A stretch of 62,586 nucleotides of DNA, counting the filler, from Malassezia furfur (taxonomy: Eukaryota): assembly GCA_052055015.1 (NCBI GenBank). It is 11 parts of 11 records of this genome, joined end to end, with 100 filler letters (N's around TTAATTAATTAA, not from the genome) between each part and the next. Parts side by side here need not be neighbours in the genome. Positions count along the whole stretch, not along the records: positions 5,794 to 11,451 come from JBQJIT010000584.1; positions 11,552 to 17,199 come from JBQJIT010000585.1; positions 17,300 to 22,933 come from JBQJIT010000586.1; 8 more parts are not named here. One strand, 5' to 3'. Shown piece by piece: positions 8,771-23,033 of this stretch; within the stretch, counting starts at the first letter, position 1, and every line of letters starts with the position of its first letter. The notes under the pieces were generated by a model that saw only the letters and a list, made by a program, of their open reading frames with translations, had not been told where the DNA came from and did not search any database. Position numbers and translations under genes: made by a program.

Positions 8771-11451
8771 TTAGCGCTTCATGCTAGGGCGCGCCGAGCG
8801 CAGCCAGCTGGGGCCGGCTTGGCTCCCGTCGTTGCCGCGCGACTCGCCAGGCGCAATGGGCGTCGGGCGTGGCGCTGTTGGCTTTTGCTTGGACCGCTCG
8901 ACAATTGCGGCCCATTTGCCCTTTTTCTCCGGCGGCGTGTCCGTAGGGGGTATCGAAGGTTTGGACGGCAGCGATGCCGGACGCGTGTTGGGTTTGGGTG
9001 GCAGTGACGCAGCCGGGCGTTTGGCTGGAACACTAGGCGCCGCTGCGCCGCTAGGTGTGCCCGAAGGGGGGCGGGCCGACCCAACGGCCGGCGGCGTTCG
9101 GGCGGCACTGACTGCAGGCGGTGCTCGGGCAGCGCCGACGGAGGGCGGCGCCGCTGAGCGTGTCACGCCCGAGCGTGTATCGGAGCTCGGGCGCGTCGTT
9201 TGTGCGGTTGCGCGGTTCGGCTTGGCGAGCAAGTTGATCGGCGCCGCCTTCGGGGGTGGCGCAGCCTTGGGCGGTGGATCGGCTCTGGGCGATGGTGCAA
9301 CTTTGGGCGCAGAGACCGGCAACGGTGCCGCTTTGGGCGGCAGCGCATCGGGCCGCGGACGTTTGGGCGGCGGCGCAGTGCGCACAGGAGCCGCGGGCGG
9401 GCGCGCAGTGGGTGCTGCGTCGCGATCGTCGCGCGGGGCCCGCGCGGGCGTTGATGGTCCATGCGCCGCCACGCTCGTCTGCACGCGTGTGGGGGTACGG
9501 AAGGTGTGGGCGTCGACGCGGACGAGGTAGCCGAGGTTGCGCGCCTCGCACACGAGTTTCTCCCACACCGGACTCGCTCGCTCGAGCATCGCCGTGTCAC
9601 CAAGCACAAACATGTTGCTGCGTGCGCGTGTCAGGGCGACATTCAAGCGGCGCTCGTCGCCCAGGAAGCCGATGGCGTTGCGTGGATTGCTGCGCACGCA
9701 GCTCAGAATCACCACGTCCTTCTCCTGGCCCTGGAAGCCGTCGACGGTGTTAAAGGTCGCGTCGTCCAGTGCCTCGGCGCCGTAGCGCGCACGGAAAAGG
9801 CTGCGCATGAGAGCGACCTGCGCCTTGTACATCGTAATGAAGCCGACGCGCCCAGCGAGACTCGTGCGTGCGTGCGACTGGAGTGCGTCGTACAGCGCAA
9901 TCGCCGCCTCGGCCTCGGCACGGTTCACGAGCGAGTGGCCGCGCCCCGTGTCCTCGGAGCCGCGCACGTCGAGCATGCGGAAAGGCGCAAAGAGGGGCAC
10001 AGCGTGCCAGGGCTGTGCGGTGCGCTGTGCCATTGCATCCCCGTCGGCAAGCTGCCCGCCGTAGAATGTCGACGAGGGAAACAGGCTGATGTGCGGGTGC
10101 ATGCGGTACTGGATGCTCAGCAGATACACGTTTTGGGGTGCCTGGGCGTACATGCGCACGAAGAGCGATTGCGAGTAGCCTAGGCGCTCGGCCTCCTGCG
10201 AGATGACCGTCGGCGGCAGCTGCTTGGGGTCGCCAACGAGGATGCACCGCGTGCAGTTGTACCGGAGCGGGATGAGCGTGCTCAGTTCGACGGCCTGCAC
10301 GGCCTCATCGATGATCACCGTGTCAAACTCGAGCGGGTACAGCAGCTCGTGCCCCGCGCCCGCGAGCGTCGCACAGACGACCTCGGCCTCGTTCAGCACG
10401 TCGACACGCACGTGGTGCCGGCGCGCGTCGTCCATCGACGCAGTCGACTTTTCTGCGCGCGCGAGCGACTCGTGCTCCTCGCGGGCCTCGAGGCGCTGGT
10501 CGGTGAGCACGTTGAGCTCTGCCTGCAGCTGGCGCGCGACGATCGCGTCCTTCGCACGCACGAGCTCCTGCTCCTTGTTCTGCCACTGCCGCTCGATCTC
10601 CGCGAGGCGCGCGCGCGCCGCCTGCTGCTTTGCCGCGGCATCTGTGCGCTGGCCGCGCCGGCGCTCCACGGCCGCCTCGAGCGTCTTGTCGCGCACCGCC
10701 GGATTCACGGCGTCCTCGCGGCCGATGCGCACGACGCGCGGCTGGATGGTGCGCCCATCGACGTGCACGCCGTGCTGGATGCGCGCGACAATCTCGTCGA
10801 TCGCCGCGTTGCTCGGCGCACACAGCAGCAGCTTGGCGCCCGACGCGCCGCTGCGCCGCCGCTGCAGAAAGGTGGCGACGAGCGCGCTGATCGTCTTGGT
10901 CTTGCCCGTGCCGGGCGGCCCCTGGATCAGCGAGAAGCCGGGCGTGCGCATCGCGCCGAGCACCGCGCGCGCCTGCGGCGGATTTACGCCGAAGCGGCGC
11001 ACGCCCGCGGCGATGTCCGCGTCACTCACCTCGGCGCGGCGCGCGGCGCGCGCGTGGAGGATGTCGTCCACGAGGCCCAGGTCGGGCACGCTGAGCAGCG
11101 CCGCATACTCGCGACGGAGTGTCACGAGGCTGAACAGCTTGCCGAGCTGCCACGCATGCGCGGTGCTGGACGCCTGCTGCACGGCGGTGCGCTGCGCCGG
11201 CGAGTTGGGGTGGCACAGCACCGACACATTCAGCTCGCGTCCGCGGCCCTCGACGCTCTGCACCTTGGCCAGCAGCTGCAGCCCGCTCGAGTTCTGCAGG
11301 CACACCACGTCGGCGTCGCTCAGCGTCCACTTGGCCGGCGGCTGCACCTTGCAGTCGAGGCGCACCAGCTCGTTCACCGTGCCGCCCATCGACATGCCGA
11401 CGGGCAGCAAATCGCTCGCCTGCAGCTCCTCCTTGGCCTGCTGGAACTGCG
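8771..11451 (-). CDS. SEN1: Sen1/senataxin SF1 RNA-DNA helicase (5' truncated) with a Pro-rich C-terminal tail
   Basis: 'GFSLIQGPPGTGKTKTI', 'LLLCAPSNAAIDE', 'IIDEAVQAVELSTLIPL', 'LVGDPKQLPPTVISQ', 'QYRMHP', 'TVDGFQGQEKD'. Confidence 0.9.
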
Positions 11452-11551
11452 NNNNNNNNNNNNNNNNNNNNNNNNNNNNNNNNNNNNNNNNNNNNTTAAT
11501 TAATTAANNNNNNNNNNNNNNNNNNNNNNNNNNNNNNNNNNNNNNNNNNNN

Positions 11552-12399
11552 GCATTCCCCGCATCTCCTCGAGACGATCGACCACTTGATGCACGGCCGC
11601 TTGCGCTCGTCGAGGTGCTCGCGGCGATGGGCCCCATGGAACCGGACGCGGCGTCCCCTGCGGACGTGCTGGCTGCGGCTGGCGTCCCGGCCGGCTCGGG
11701 AAACGCCTCGGCGCCCGTCGGCGCCATGCCCATGTCACACAGGCCCGTATAGGCCCCCCAGTTGAGCGGGTCGAGCTGCCGCGCCTCGGTAAAGTAGGCG
11801 GCCGCGTCGCTGTATCGCGCCTGCTTCATGGCGATGCGCCCCAGCTGGGTGCGCACCTGCGATGTGTATATGTCGGTGCCGTCGCGCCCCGCACGCGGCT
11901 TGGCGACGGCCGACGGCGCGACGTCGGCGTGCGCCGACGTCCACTCGAGCGCCTCCTGCGCGTCGCGGAAACGGCCCAGCACCGTACACGCTGTGGCATA
12001 CACGCGTGCTGACGGCACGTCGGCAAACGTCGCGCGTGCGCCGCGCTGCAGCAGGTGCACGGCGGCCAAGGCCCCCGCACGTGTCGGTGCTGCGGCGCCT
12101 GCGAGCGACGGCGCGACGCTCAGCGACGAGGGCGCGAACGGGAACACGAGCTCGGTACCGCCCATCATGTAGCACGTCGCGAGCACGCGGCGTGCAAGCA
12201 CCGAGTCGGCATCGAGCGCGAGTGCGTGCGTCGCATACAGCGTTGCGGACGCCCAGTCGGGCGCGGTGACCACCGCGCCGCTCGGTGCGTCGGTGATGTG
12301 CAGGTAGGACTCGGCGAGTCCTGCGAGGTGCTGTGCGTGCCGCGCGCGCGTCCCGGGCGGCAGCGCATGCGCCGGCCGTGCCGACGGCCCTGCACGCAT
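11552..12399 (-). CDS. CDC27: Anaphase-promoting complex subunit 3 (Cdc27/Nuc2), N-terminal TPR region (3' truncated)
   Basis: TPR helices ending in '[26 protein letters not shown]', typical of the Cdc27 N-terminal domain, followed by a low-complexity linker. Confidence 0.7.
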
Positions 12400-12436
12400 C
12401 GTGGACAGGCGAAGGTCGCGCGCGGCCTGTTTGGAC

Positions 12437-12444
12437 GTCACGTG
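12437..12444. promoter_or_regulatory. GTCACGTG E-box (bHLH/Cbf1-type site) in the 60-bp CDC27/CFD1 bidirectional promoter
   Basis: Canonical RTCACGTG; CACGTG also occurs upstream of MET2, REV1, the Zn2Cys6 TF, MLP1, CCT4 and IME2. Confidence 0.5.
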
Positions 12445-12459
12445 TCGGACGCGACGGCG

Positions 12460-13386
12460 ATGGACCCCAAGATCGACCGCCGGCTGCAGCGGGTGCGGCG
12501 CATCCTCGTCGTGCTCTCGGGCAAGGGCGGCGTCGGGAAGTCGTCGGTCGCCTCGCAGCTTGCGCTATCGCTGTCGTACCCGGAGCAGGGGGACGAGGCG
12601 CGGCGCACGCGCGTCGGCCTCCTCGACCTCGACCTCACCGGCCCCTCGATCCCCCGCATGCTCGGCGTCGACGGCGCCCCCGTGCACCAGAGCACGGACG
12701 GGTGGGTGCCGGTATACACGGATGCATCGCAGTGCCTCGCCGTGATGAGCGTCGGCTTCCTCCTGCGCTCGCGCGGCGACAGCGTCATTTGGCGGGGGCC
12801 CAAGAAGCAGGGCATGATCCGCCAGTTCCTGGGCGACGTGCGCTGGGGCGACCTCGACTACCTCGTGATCGACACGCCCCCGGGCACTTCCGACGAGCAC
12901 ATTGCGCTGATGGAGGCGATTGCGCCGTACAACCCCGCCGCCGTGCTCGTCACGACGCCCCAGGCGGTGGCGTTGAACGACAACCTTCGCTCGCTCGACT
13001 TTACCCGCAAGGTGCAGCTGCCCGTCATCGGGCTCATCGAGAACCTGAGCGGGTACGTGTGCCCGCACTGCGACAACTGCACCAACGTGTGGGGCAAGGG
13101 CGGCGGCGAGTCGCTCGCGGAGCGCGAGCACATCCCCTTCTTGGGGCGCGTGCCCATCGACCCGGAGCTCGTGCGCCTCTTGGACGACGCGCGGCACGAG
13201 CACGACGACGCATCGCAGCAAACGGATGCCAACCGCGGCACGGCACGCAGCTACGCGACCATCGCACGCTACCGGCAGAGCAAGACGTTTGCCATCTTCC
13301 AGCGCATCACGGCCCAGATCGTAGCGTATACCCCGCCCGAGGCGCCTGCAACGGCCGAGGCACCTGCAACGGCCGCGGCGCCGTAG
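12460..13386 (+). CDS. CFD1: Cytosolic Fe-S cluster assembly P-loop NTPase Cfd1 (NUBP2)
   Basis: '[12 protein letters not shown]', 'VIWRGPKK', '[10 protein letters not shown]', '[11 protein letters not shown]'; lacks the N-terminal ferredoxin-like Cys motif of Nbp35. Confidence 0.92.
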   Translation: MDPKIDRRLQRVRRILVVLSGKGGVGKSSVASQLALSLSYPEQGDEARRTRVGLLDLDLTGPSIPRMLGVDGAPVHQSTDGWVPVYTDASQCLAVMSVGFLLRSRGDSVIWRGPKKQGMIRQFLGDVRWGDLDYLVIDTPPGTSDEHIALMEAIAPYNPAAVLVTTPQAVALNDNLRSLDFTRKVQLPVIGLIENLSGYVCPHCDNCTNVWGKGGGESLAEREHIPFLGRVPIDPELVRLLDDARHEHDDASQQTDANRGTARSYATIARYRQSKTFAIFQRITAQIVAYTPPEAPATAEAPATAAAP

Positions 13387-13451
13387 TGCATTGGCGCATT
13401 TGAAAACGCACACAGGCGTGCCTGCTATGACGTGCTATACTGCGAAAACGC

Positions 13452-17199
<3,748 letters not shown>

Positions 17200-17299
17200 N
17201 NNNNNNNNNNNNNNNNNNNNNNNNNNNNNNNNNNNNNNNNNNNTTAATTAATTAANNNNNNNNNNNNNNNNNNNNNNNNNNNNNNNNNNNNNNNNNNNN

Positions 17300-17771
17300 T
17301 CGGCGCGGCGCCCGGCGCGCCGATCGGGCGCACCGGGGGGCCCGAGGTGCTACGCATCGGTACTGCGCCACCCGACACGGCGCGCTGCTGCGGCGGGCGC
17401 GGCATCGGAGGTGCGTTGGCGGCCATGGATCCGCGCGCGGCATGGCCGAAGCCGCCCATACTCGGGACGCGCGCGAGGCGCGGGTTCGGAGGGGGGACCC
17501 CGCCGGCGACCGTGCCGGTGCGCATGTGCGCACTAGGCGCGCCCGGGGCGCTGGGTGCGACAGGCATTGACATGCGTGCCTGTGCGTTGGGGTGCGACAT
17601 GCGGGCGCCGGGCGCCGGGCGGACCGGCGCGGCCATCGGCGGGTTCCACGAGACGCGCCCCGTCGCGGTCTCGACGTACACCTGTCGTCCCGCATTTTGA
17701 TCCCTGCGTCAGTCGCACACGCACCACTGCGTGGTCCAGCCGGGCGGGAGCCGCGGCGCGTTCGTCGCCAT
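17300..17771 (-). CDS. N-terminal WW domain followed by a Pro/Met-rich region, 3' truncated (possibly basidiomycete Sec24); exons 17771-17725 and 17703-17300
   Basis: Removing the 21-nt intron 17704-17724 gives '[38 protein letters not shown]', a clean WW domain. The Sec24 identity is only a recollection that some basidiomycete Sec24 proteins begin with a WW domain. Confidence 0.65.
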
Positions 17772-17845
17772 GGTCGTCGGTCGGCCGGGGCGCGCGCAGA
17801 TACACGCCTCCATCGACCCACCCCAGCGCGCCGCGTGCGTCGACG

Positions 17846-19282
17846 ATGAGCTACCCCGAGGCGGCGTCCACGGTGTTCGTGGGCAGCATTTCGCCCGGCG
17901 TGCCCGACCGCTGGCTCACCAAGCTGCTCGAGGCATGCGGCGGCTTCCGTCGCTGGAAGCGTGTGAGCAAGGCGTTCGGGTTTGCCGACTACCAGGGCGC
18001 GCCCGACATTTTGCGCGTCACCGCCGTGCTCCACGACGTCGAGCTGCCGAGTATGGGTGCCGAGTATGGCGCACCCACGAAGCGTCTCGTTGTCAAGGCC
18101 GACGAAAAGACGAATCGCTTCCTCGGCGAGTTTGAAAAGACGCTCGTACGCACCGACCTCGACCGCCAGAAGGAACGCGAGGCGCGGCGCCGCGTCGAGC
18201 ACCTGCTCGGCATGATGCGCGCGCGCGCATCGGACGCGAGCGAGGTGGATGTGAGCGTGTACGAGATCCCCGCACACCTCAAGGACCTGCCTGCCGACCA
18301 GCTGCGCGGCGCCAAGCGCGTGCACGTCTTGTCTGAGATTGAAAAGTTTCGGCTGTCGGCCGTGGCGCGCGACGCAGCCGAGCGCAAGCGCGAGCTCGAG
18401 GCGGAGCGCAAGCGCGCGCAGCTTGCGCAAGAGCGGCGCGGCACGCCGCACGAGCACAGCGCCACGCCTGAGCCCGCCGCGCCCGAGGAGGACCCCGAGG
18501 CGGCCGACGAGGCGGCCGAGCAGCGCCGACAGCGTGCGGTTGCCGAGCGCCGCGAGCGGGAAGTGCGCGAGGCGGAGCGTGCGTATGCCGAGCGCGAGCA
18601 CGCACGCATCCAGTTCTGGACGCACGCGTACCCCCGCGACCCGCCGCGGCGCCCGCTCGTGACGATGCGCGAGGACGAGGAGCTGGCGCGCGAGCTCTTC
18701 TGGACCGACCGGCGGCGCTGGCTCAAGGAGCGCACGCCGCACCGCCGCACCGAGCAGGACGCGGATGCCGCCGACCGCGAGGTGCAGGCCGCCGAGGAGG
18801 CGCAGGCGCAGCGCGAAGCCGAGGCGTTCCTCGAGGAGCAGGCGCGCGAGATGGCGCGCATGGCCGAGCAGCAGCGGCAGTCCGGCCTGCTGCTCCACAC
18901 CGACGGCCAGCCGCTCAAGCTGCAGGTGCGTCCGCAGGACGAGGGGCGGCGCAAGCGCCAGGCGCTGCTGCTGCGCCTCCCGTCGAACGCGAGCCGCGCG
19001 GCGATCGAAGAGGTGCTGCCGCTGGACGCCGCCGAGCTGTACACCTACCCGCCCGACTGGGACAAAATCCGCGTGGACGACTACGTTGCGCTCCTCGACG
19101 CCGGCATCGAGACGAGTCTTGGCGAGGCCGTGGACGATCTGCGCGACGCCGTACTTGAGCGCGTGCGCGAGCGTGCACCGGCCGCCGAGCTCATCGAGGT
19201 GCTCGAGCCGGTGCTCGAGGAGGACGCTGCGCCGCTCGTCACCTCGCTCTGGCGCGCCATGCTCGCCGACTCGCTCCTGTAG
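17846..19282 (+). CDS. SNU71: U1 snRNP-associated Snu71/RBM25 (RRM, charged coiled coil, PWI)
   Basis: 'TVFVGSISPGVPDRWLTKLLEACG..WKRVSKAFGFADY', 'LVVKADEKT', C-terminal PWI-like 'ELIEVLEPVLEEDAAPLVTSLWR'. Confidence 0.85.
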   Translation: MSYPEAASTVFVGSISPGVPDRWLTKLLEACGGFRRWKRVSKAFGFADYQGAPDILRVTAVLHDVELPSMGAEYGAPTKRLVVKADEKTNRFLGEFEKTLVRTDLDRQKEREARRRVEHLLGMMRARASDASEVDVSVYEIPAHLKDLPADQLRGAKRVHVLSEIEKFRLSAVARDAAERKRELEAERKRAQLAQERRGTPHEHSATPEPAAPEEDPEAADEAAEQRRQRAVAERREREVREAERAYAEREHARIQFWTHAYPRDPPRRPLVTMREDEELARELFWTDRRRWLKERTPHRRTEQDADAADREVQAAEEAQAQREAEAFLEEQAREMARMAEQQRQSGLLLHTDGQPLKLQVRPQDEGRRKRQALLLRLPSNASRAAIEEVLPLDAAELYTYPPDWDKIRVDDYVALLDAGIETSLGEAVDDLRDAVLERVRERAPAAELIEVLEPVLEEDAAPLVTSLWRAMLADSLL

Positions 19283-19310
19283 AATTTGCAAAAATACCCC
19301 ACACCCACCC

Positions 19311-19921
19311 ATGACGACGAGTGCCGACGCGCAGCAGGCGGCGAACGCCGTGCTGGCGATGCCCACGCACGCGCCGCCGTACGCGGGCGACGACGCAGCG
19401 CGCTACGAGCTGCTGATGCAGAGCACCCAGGCGCTCGCGCAGCTCAAGGCCGCGAACCGCGTTGCGTACGCCGCGCAGGCCGCGGCGCGTGCGCAGGTGC
19501 GCACGGCGCGCGACGAGGTCGACGCCGCGGCGCGCGAGCTGCAGCACCTCGTGTACGAGCGCACGCAGCTCGAGGCACAAATTGACGCATGCGCGGCGCT
19601 CGACACGGTGTACGAAGAGGTGCCGCTGCGGCCTATGGACGAGTTTCTGGCGCACGCGCCGGAAGAAAGCCGCGCGCCCGCCGTGACCGAGGACGCACAC
19701 GAGCTCCTCGTGCACCGCCTGCAGTTTGAGCTCGAGGAGCGCCGGCGGTACGTGGCACACACTGACACAGACTTGAGCAGCAGGCCAAGGCGCTCGAGAC
19801 CGAGCTAACGACGCGCCAGCGCGAGCAGAGCGCGGCGGTGCGTGCGCTGCGTGTGCGGCAGAAGCAGATTACGGCGCTCGTCGAGGTATGTGAGGGGCTC
19901 ACGCAGTCGGCGTCCAAGTAG
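19311..19921 (+). CDS. THO5: THO complex subunit 5 (Thoc5/FmiP), short fungal form; introns 19748-19770 and probably 19886-19906
   Basis: 'LKAANRVA..ELQHLVYERTQLEAQIDAC..HELLVHRLQFELEERRRL'; intron 1 restores the frame; intron 2 is 21 nt, in frame and without a stop. Confidence 0.8.
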
Positions 19922-19997
19922 CGATACCCAGGAGAGGATGTGGCGCGTGCACAGCGCATGCATTGGTTCTATAGTCGTGCCTAGCGAGACGATGCAA

Positions 19998-22933
19998 CTA
20001 GGAAGGAGACGCCTCCGGCCACGCCGTGAGCCACGTCGCGGGCACGCCGTACACGATGCACGCGGCCCCGGTCAGGTACGGCAGCTTGCACTGGCTGCGT
20101 GCGTGCGCGACGGCGCGCGCAAGTGGCATCGGGGCCGCGCCGCCGGGCAAGAGCCCCACGGCACGGAGCACGGCCTCACACACGCCGTCGAGCTCCTTGT
20201 CGGTCGCGTCCCAGAGGTTGGCGACAAGCGCAGGACACTGCGCGACCATGTAGCGCAGCGGTGTGCCGTCCGGGTCAAAGGCGCCCGCGTCGCGCAGCAC
20301 GCCGCTCGAGCAGCCCCAGAGCATGGCAGCCGCGCACCGCTGGAGCGCACGCAGCTGCGTCGGCTGCACATACAGCTCGCCGCCCGCGTGCCCAAAGTAC
20401 AAGAAGGTGTCCGCCTTGCCGAGCGCGCGCGCCACCTCGTCGACGACCGGGGCGTGGCCGATGGTGCCATGCCACCCCGGCTGCGCACGGAGGAGCGGCG
20501 CAAAGCGTGCCTCGCTGCGCGTCAAGTCGCCGCCGGGGTTGAGCAGGTACGCGGTGCTGCGCGGATCGAGCGTCGCGAGCGGCTCCGGCGCGTCGTGGGG
20601 GTCGTGTGCGGCGCCAATAAACTCCAGCGCCGGCACGCGGCTCACTGAGCGCGCACGGAGCACCGGCAGCGACTCCCACGGCAGGTCACACACCTCGCGG
20701 TCGAGCACGAGGAAGAGGTGCGTGTCGTCGCTGGGCGGCACGCCGTCGTGTGCGCGGCGCACACGCGCATGGTGCTCGTCGAGTGCACTGCGCAGGTCCA
20801 CACACAGCTCGTCCATATCCACCTCGTCCTGTGCGATCGGCACGCCGGAGAGCTGGCATGCGTCCATCACAAAGTGCGCCCAGTCTTCCAGGACCTCGAT
20901 CGTGCAGTCGCTCGGGAGCGCCGCGAGGCACACGAGCGCCGCATCGCTCACGGTGATCGCGTCCCCGTGCGCCGTGTGCCCTGCACACGCATGCGTCAGT
21001 GCGCGCGTTGCCTGCGTGCGCAGGGGTGCAAGGTGCGTCGGCGGCGGCGCCAGCAGCCCCTGGAACGCGCCCAGCCACGTCGCCTGCACGCTGTCGAGCA
21101 GGGTGCAGAGCGCCGCATCGAGCTCGCGGCGCTGCGTCCACCACGCCTTGCGCGCCTCGAGCGCGTGCACGTCCTTCGCCGTGTGCACGCTGGCGTTGGA
21201 CGCCGCAAGGATCGTGCGCAGTTCGTCGAGCACCGCATCGGGCGTGTACGTCTCGTCGTCGCCCTCGCGCCGGCTTTGGCGGTCGATGGGCAGGGTATAC
21301 ACGGCGCACGCCGCGGACGTGACGTGTGCCAGGTGCAGCTCGCGCCGGTCGTCCGACAGCGACACGACGACGGCGGCCGTCTGGTCCGGCAGCGCCCAAT
21401 GCACGTCGCGGCCGAGCGACGCATCGCTCGCGACGCTCGCGTGCACGCGCGTCGAGGGCGGCAGCGGCGGCGGCGGCACGCGCGGCGCGCCGTCGCTCGA
21501 CACGGGGTGCGCACGGCGCAGGGCTACGTCGACAAACGCGCGGCGCACACTGACGGACGCCGCGGCGTTGAGCAGCGCCGCGGCGCGGCGTGAGCGCTCC
21601 GCCTGCTGCTCGGGGCGCACGACCGCCTGCAGCAGGCACGCGGCGTACGCCGTACGCAGCGCACGCCGCACGACCCGCACGTCGCCGACCGCGGCCGTGC
21701 GCTGCAATGCGATGCTTAGTGCCCGCTCTGCATCGTCGAGCAGCGGCGCAACGCGGCGTACGAGCGTGGCTTGCGCGCGCGACGCGGGGCGTGGCGCGGC
21801 GCCTGGCAGCGCCCGCGCGGCTTCGGGCAGCATCGACCACACGGCGTCGGTGTGCAACAAACGCTCGGCATCGGCGACGAGCGCTGCCGCACGCTGCACA
21901 AGCGCTTCGGGACTGTCCGTCGGCGGCGCCGTGTCGCGCAGGTGCAGCGCCGCGCGCACCGCCTGCCGTGCGGAACGCGCCGCGTCGTGTGCCGCCGCGT
22001 CCTCCGAGTCGGCCGCCTCGAGCTCCGCTACATGTGCGCGAGCGAGGCTCGGCGTACCGCCGAGCAAGGAGCGCGCCATGTCGAGCGAGGCTTGCGCCGC
22101 ATCGTGCTCGCCAAGCGCCGTCTGCAGCTCGGCGTGCGCTTCATGGGCCGCCGCACGCGGGAGCGGCGGCGGCTGTGCGTCGGCGAACGCGACGGCCTCG
22201 TGCGCAAACGCCGCGGCGTCGCGCGTCGCGCCGCGCGCCGCGTACAGCGCCGCGAGCGCGCCATACGTATGTACGAGCGCCGCCGACACGCGCCAGTGCC
22301 ACGCACGCAGGGCCAGCAGCGCATGCCGTGACGCACTGGGTGTGGACGGCGTGCGTGCTCCAAAGACGTCCGCGTCGCCGCCCGCGTGTCCGAGGAGCAG
22401 CGACGTGCGCAAGTGCAGGCGCAGCGCATGCAGCGTCGCGCTCACCGCATCGGCATACACGCTATAGTGATCGCGCGCGAGCGACGCCGCTGCGTGAGCG
22501 GCACTCGCGCGCAGTGCATACGCCGCGCACTTGGCCGCCACGCGGTTCGTCGACGAGGCGGGCGCGGGTGTGTCGGCGGCCGCGGGCGCCGCAGCGTCCG
22601 CGTACGTTTGCGCAGCATCCGCGTCGCCGCGCGCGCTCTGTGCATGCGCAAGGGTATACAGCACAGCGGGTGTGCGCGGCGACGCATGCAGCACATGGAT
22701 CGCCGCTTCCGGGGCACCGACACGGATCCAGAGCTCGGCGAGGCGCACACTTGCACATGCCACGAGGTCCGCTGAGCTCGCCGCCTGTGCGAGGCGCACG
22801 AGGGCGCCGAGCGCGTCGGCCGCTGCAGCATCGAGGCCGGCGTACAGCAGGGCATCGCACGTGGCGCTCAGCATGTGCGCGAGTGCGTGCGTCGCAGAGG
22901 CGGCGCCAGACGGCGCAGCGGCCGGCGCGGCGG
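19998..22933 (-). CDS. ESP1: Separase (peptidase C50), 5' truncated
   Basis: 'LPWESLPVLR..VSRVP', 'YLLNPGGDL', catalytic 'YFGHAGG' and 'LWGCSSG', 'VANLWDATDKELD'. Confidence 0.93.
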
Positions 22934-23033
22934 NNNNNNNNNNNNNNNNNNNNNNNNNNNNNNNNNNNNNNNNNNNNTTAATTAATTAANNNNNNNNNNN
23001 NNNNNNNNNNNNNNNNNNNNNNNNNNNNNNNNN

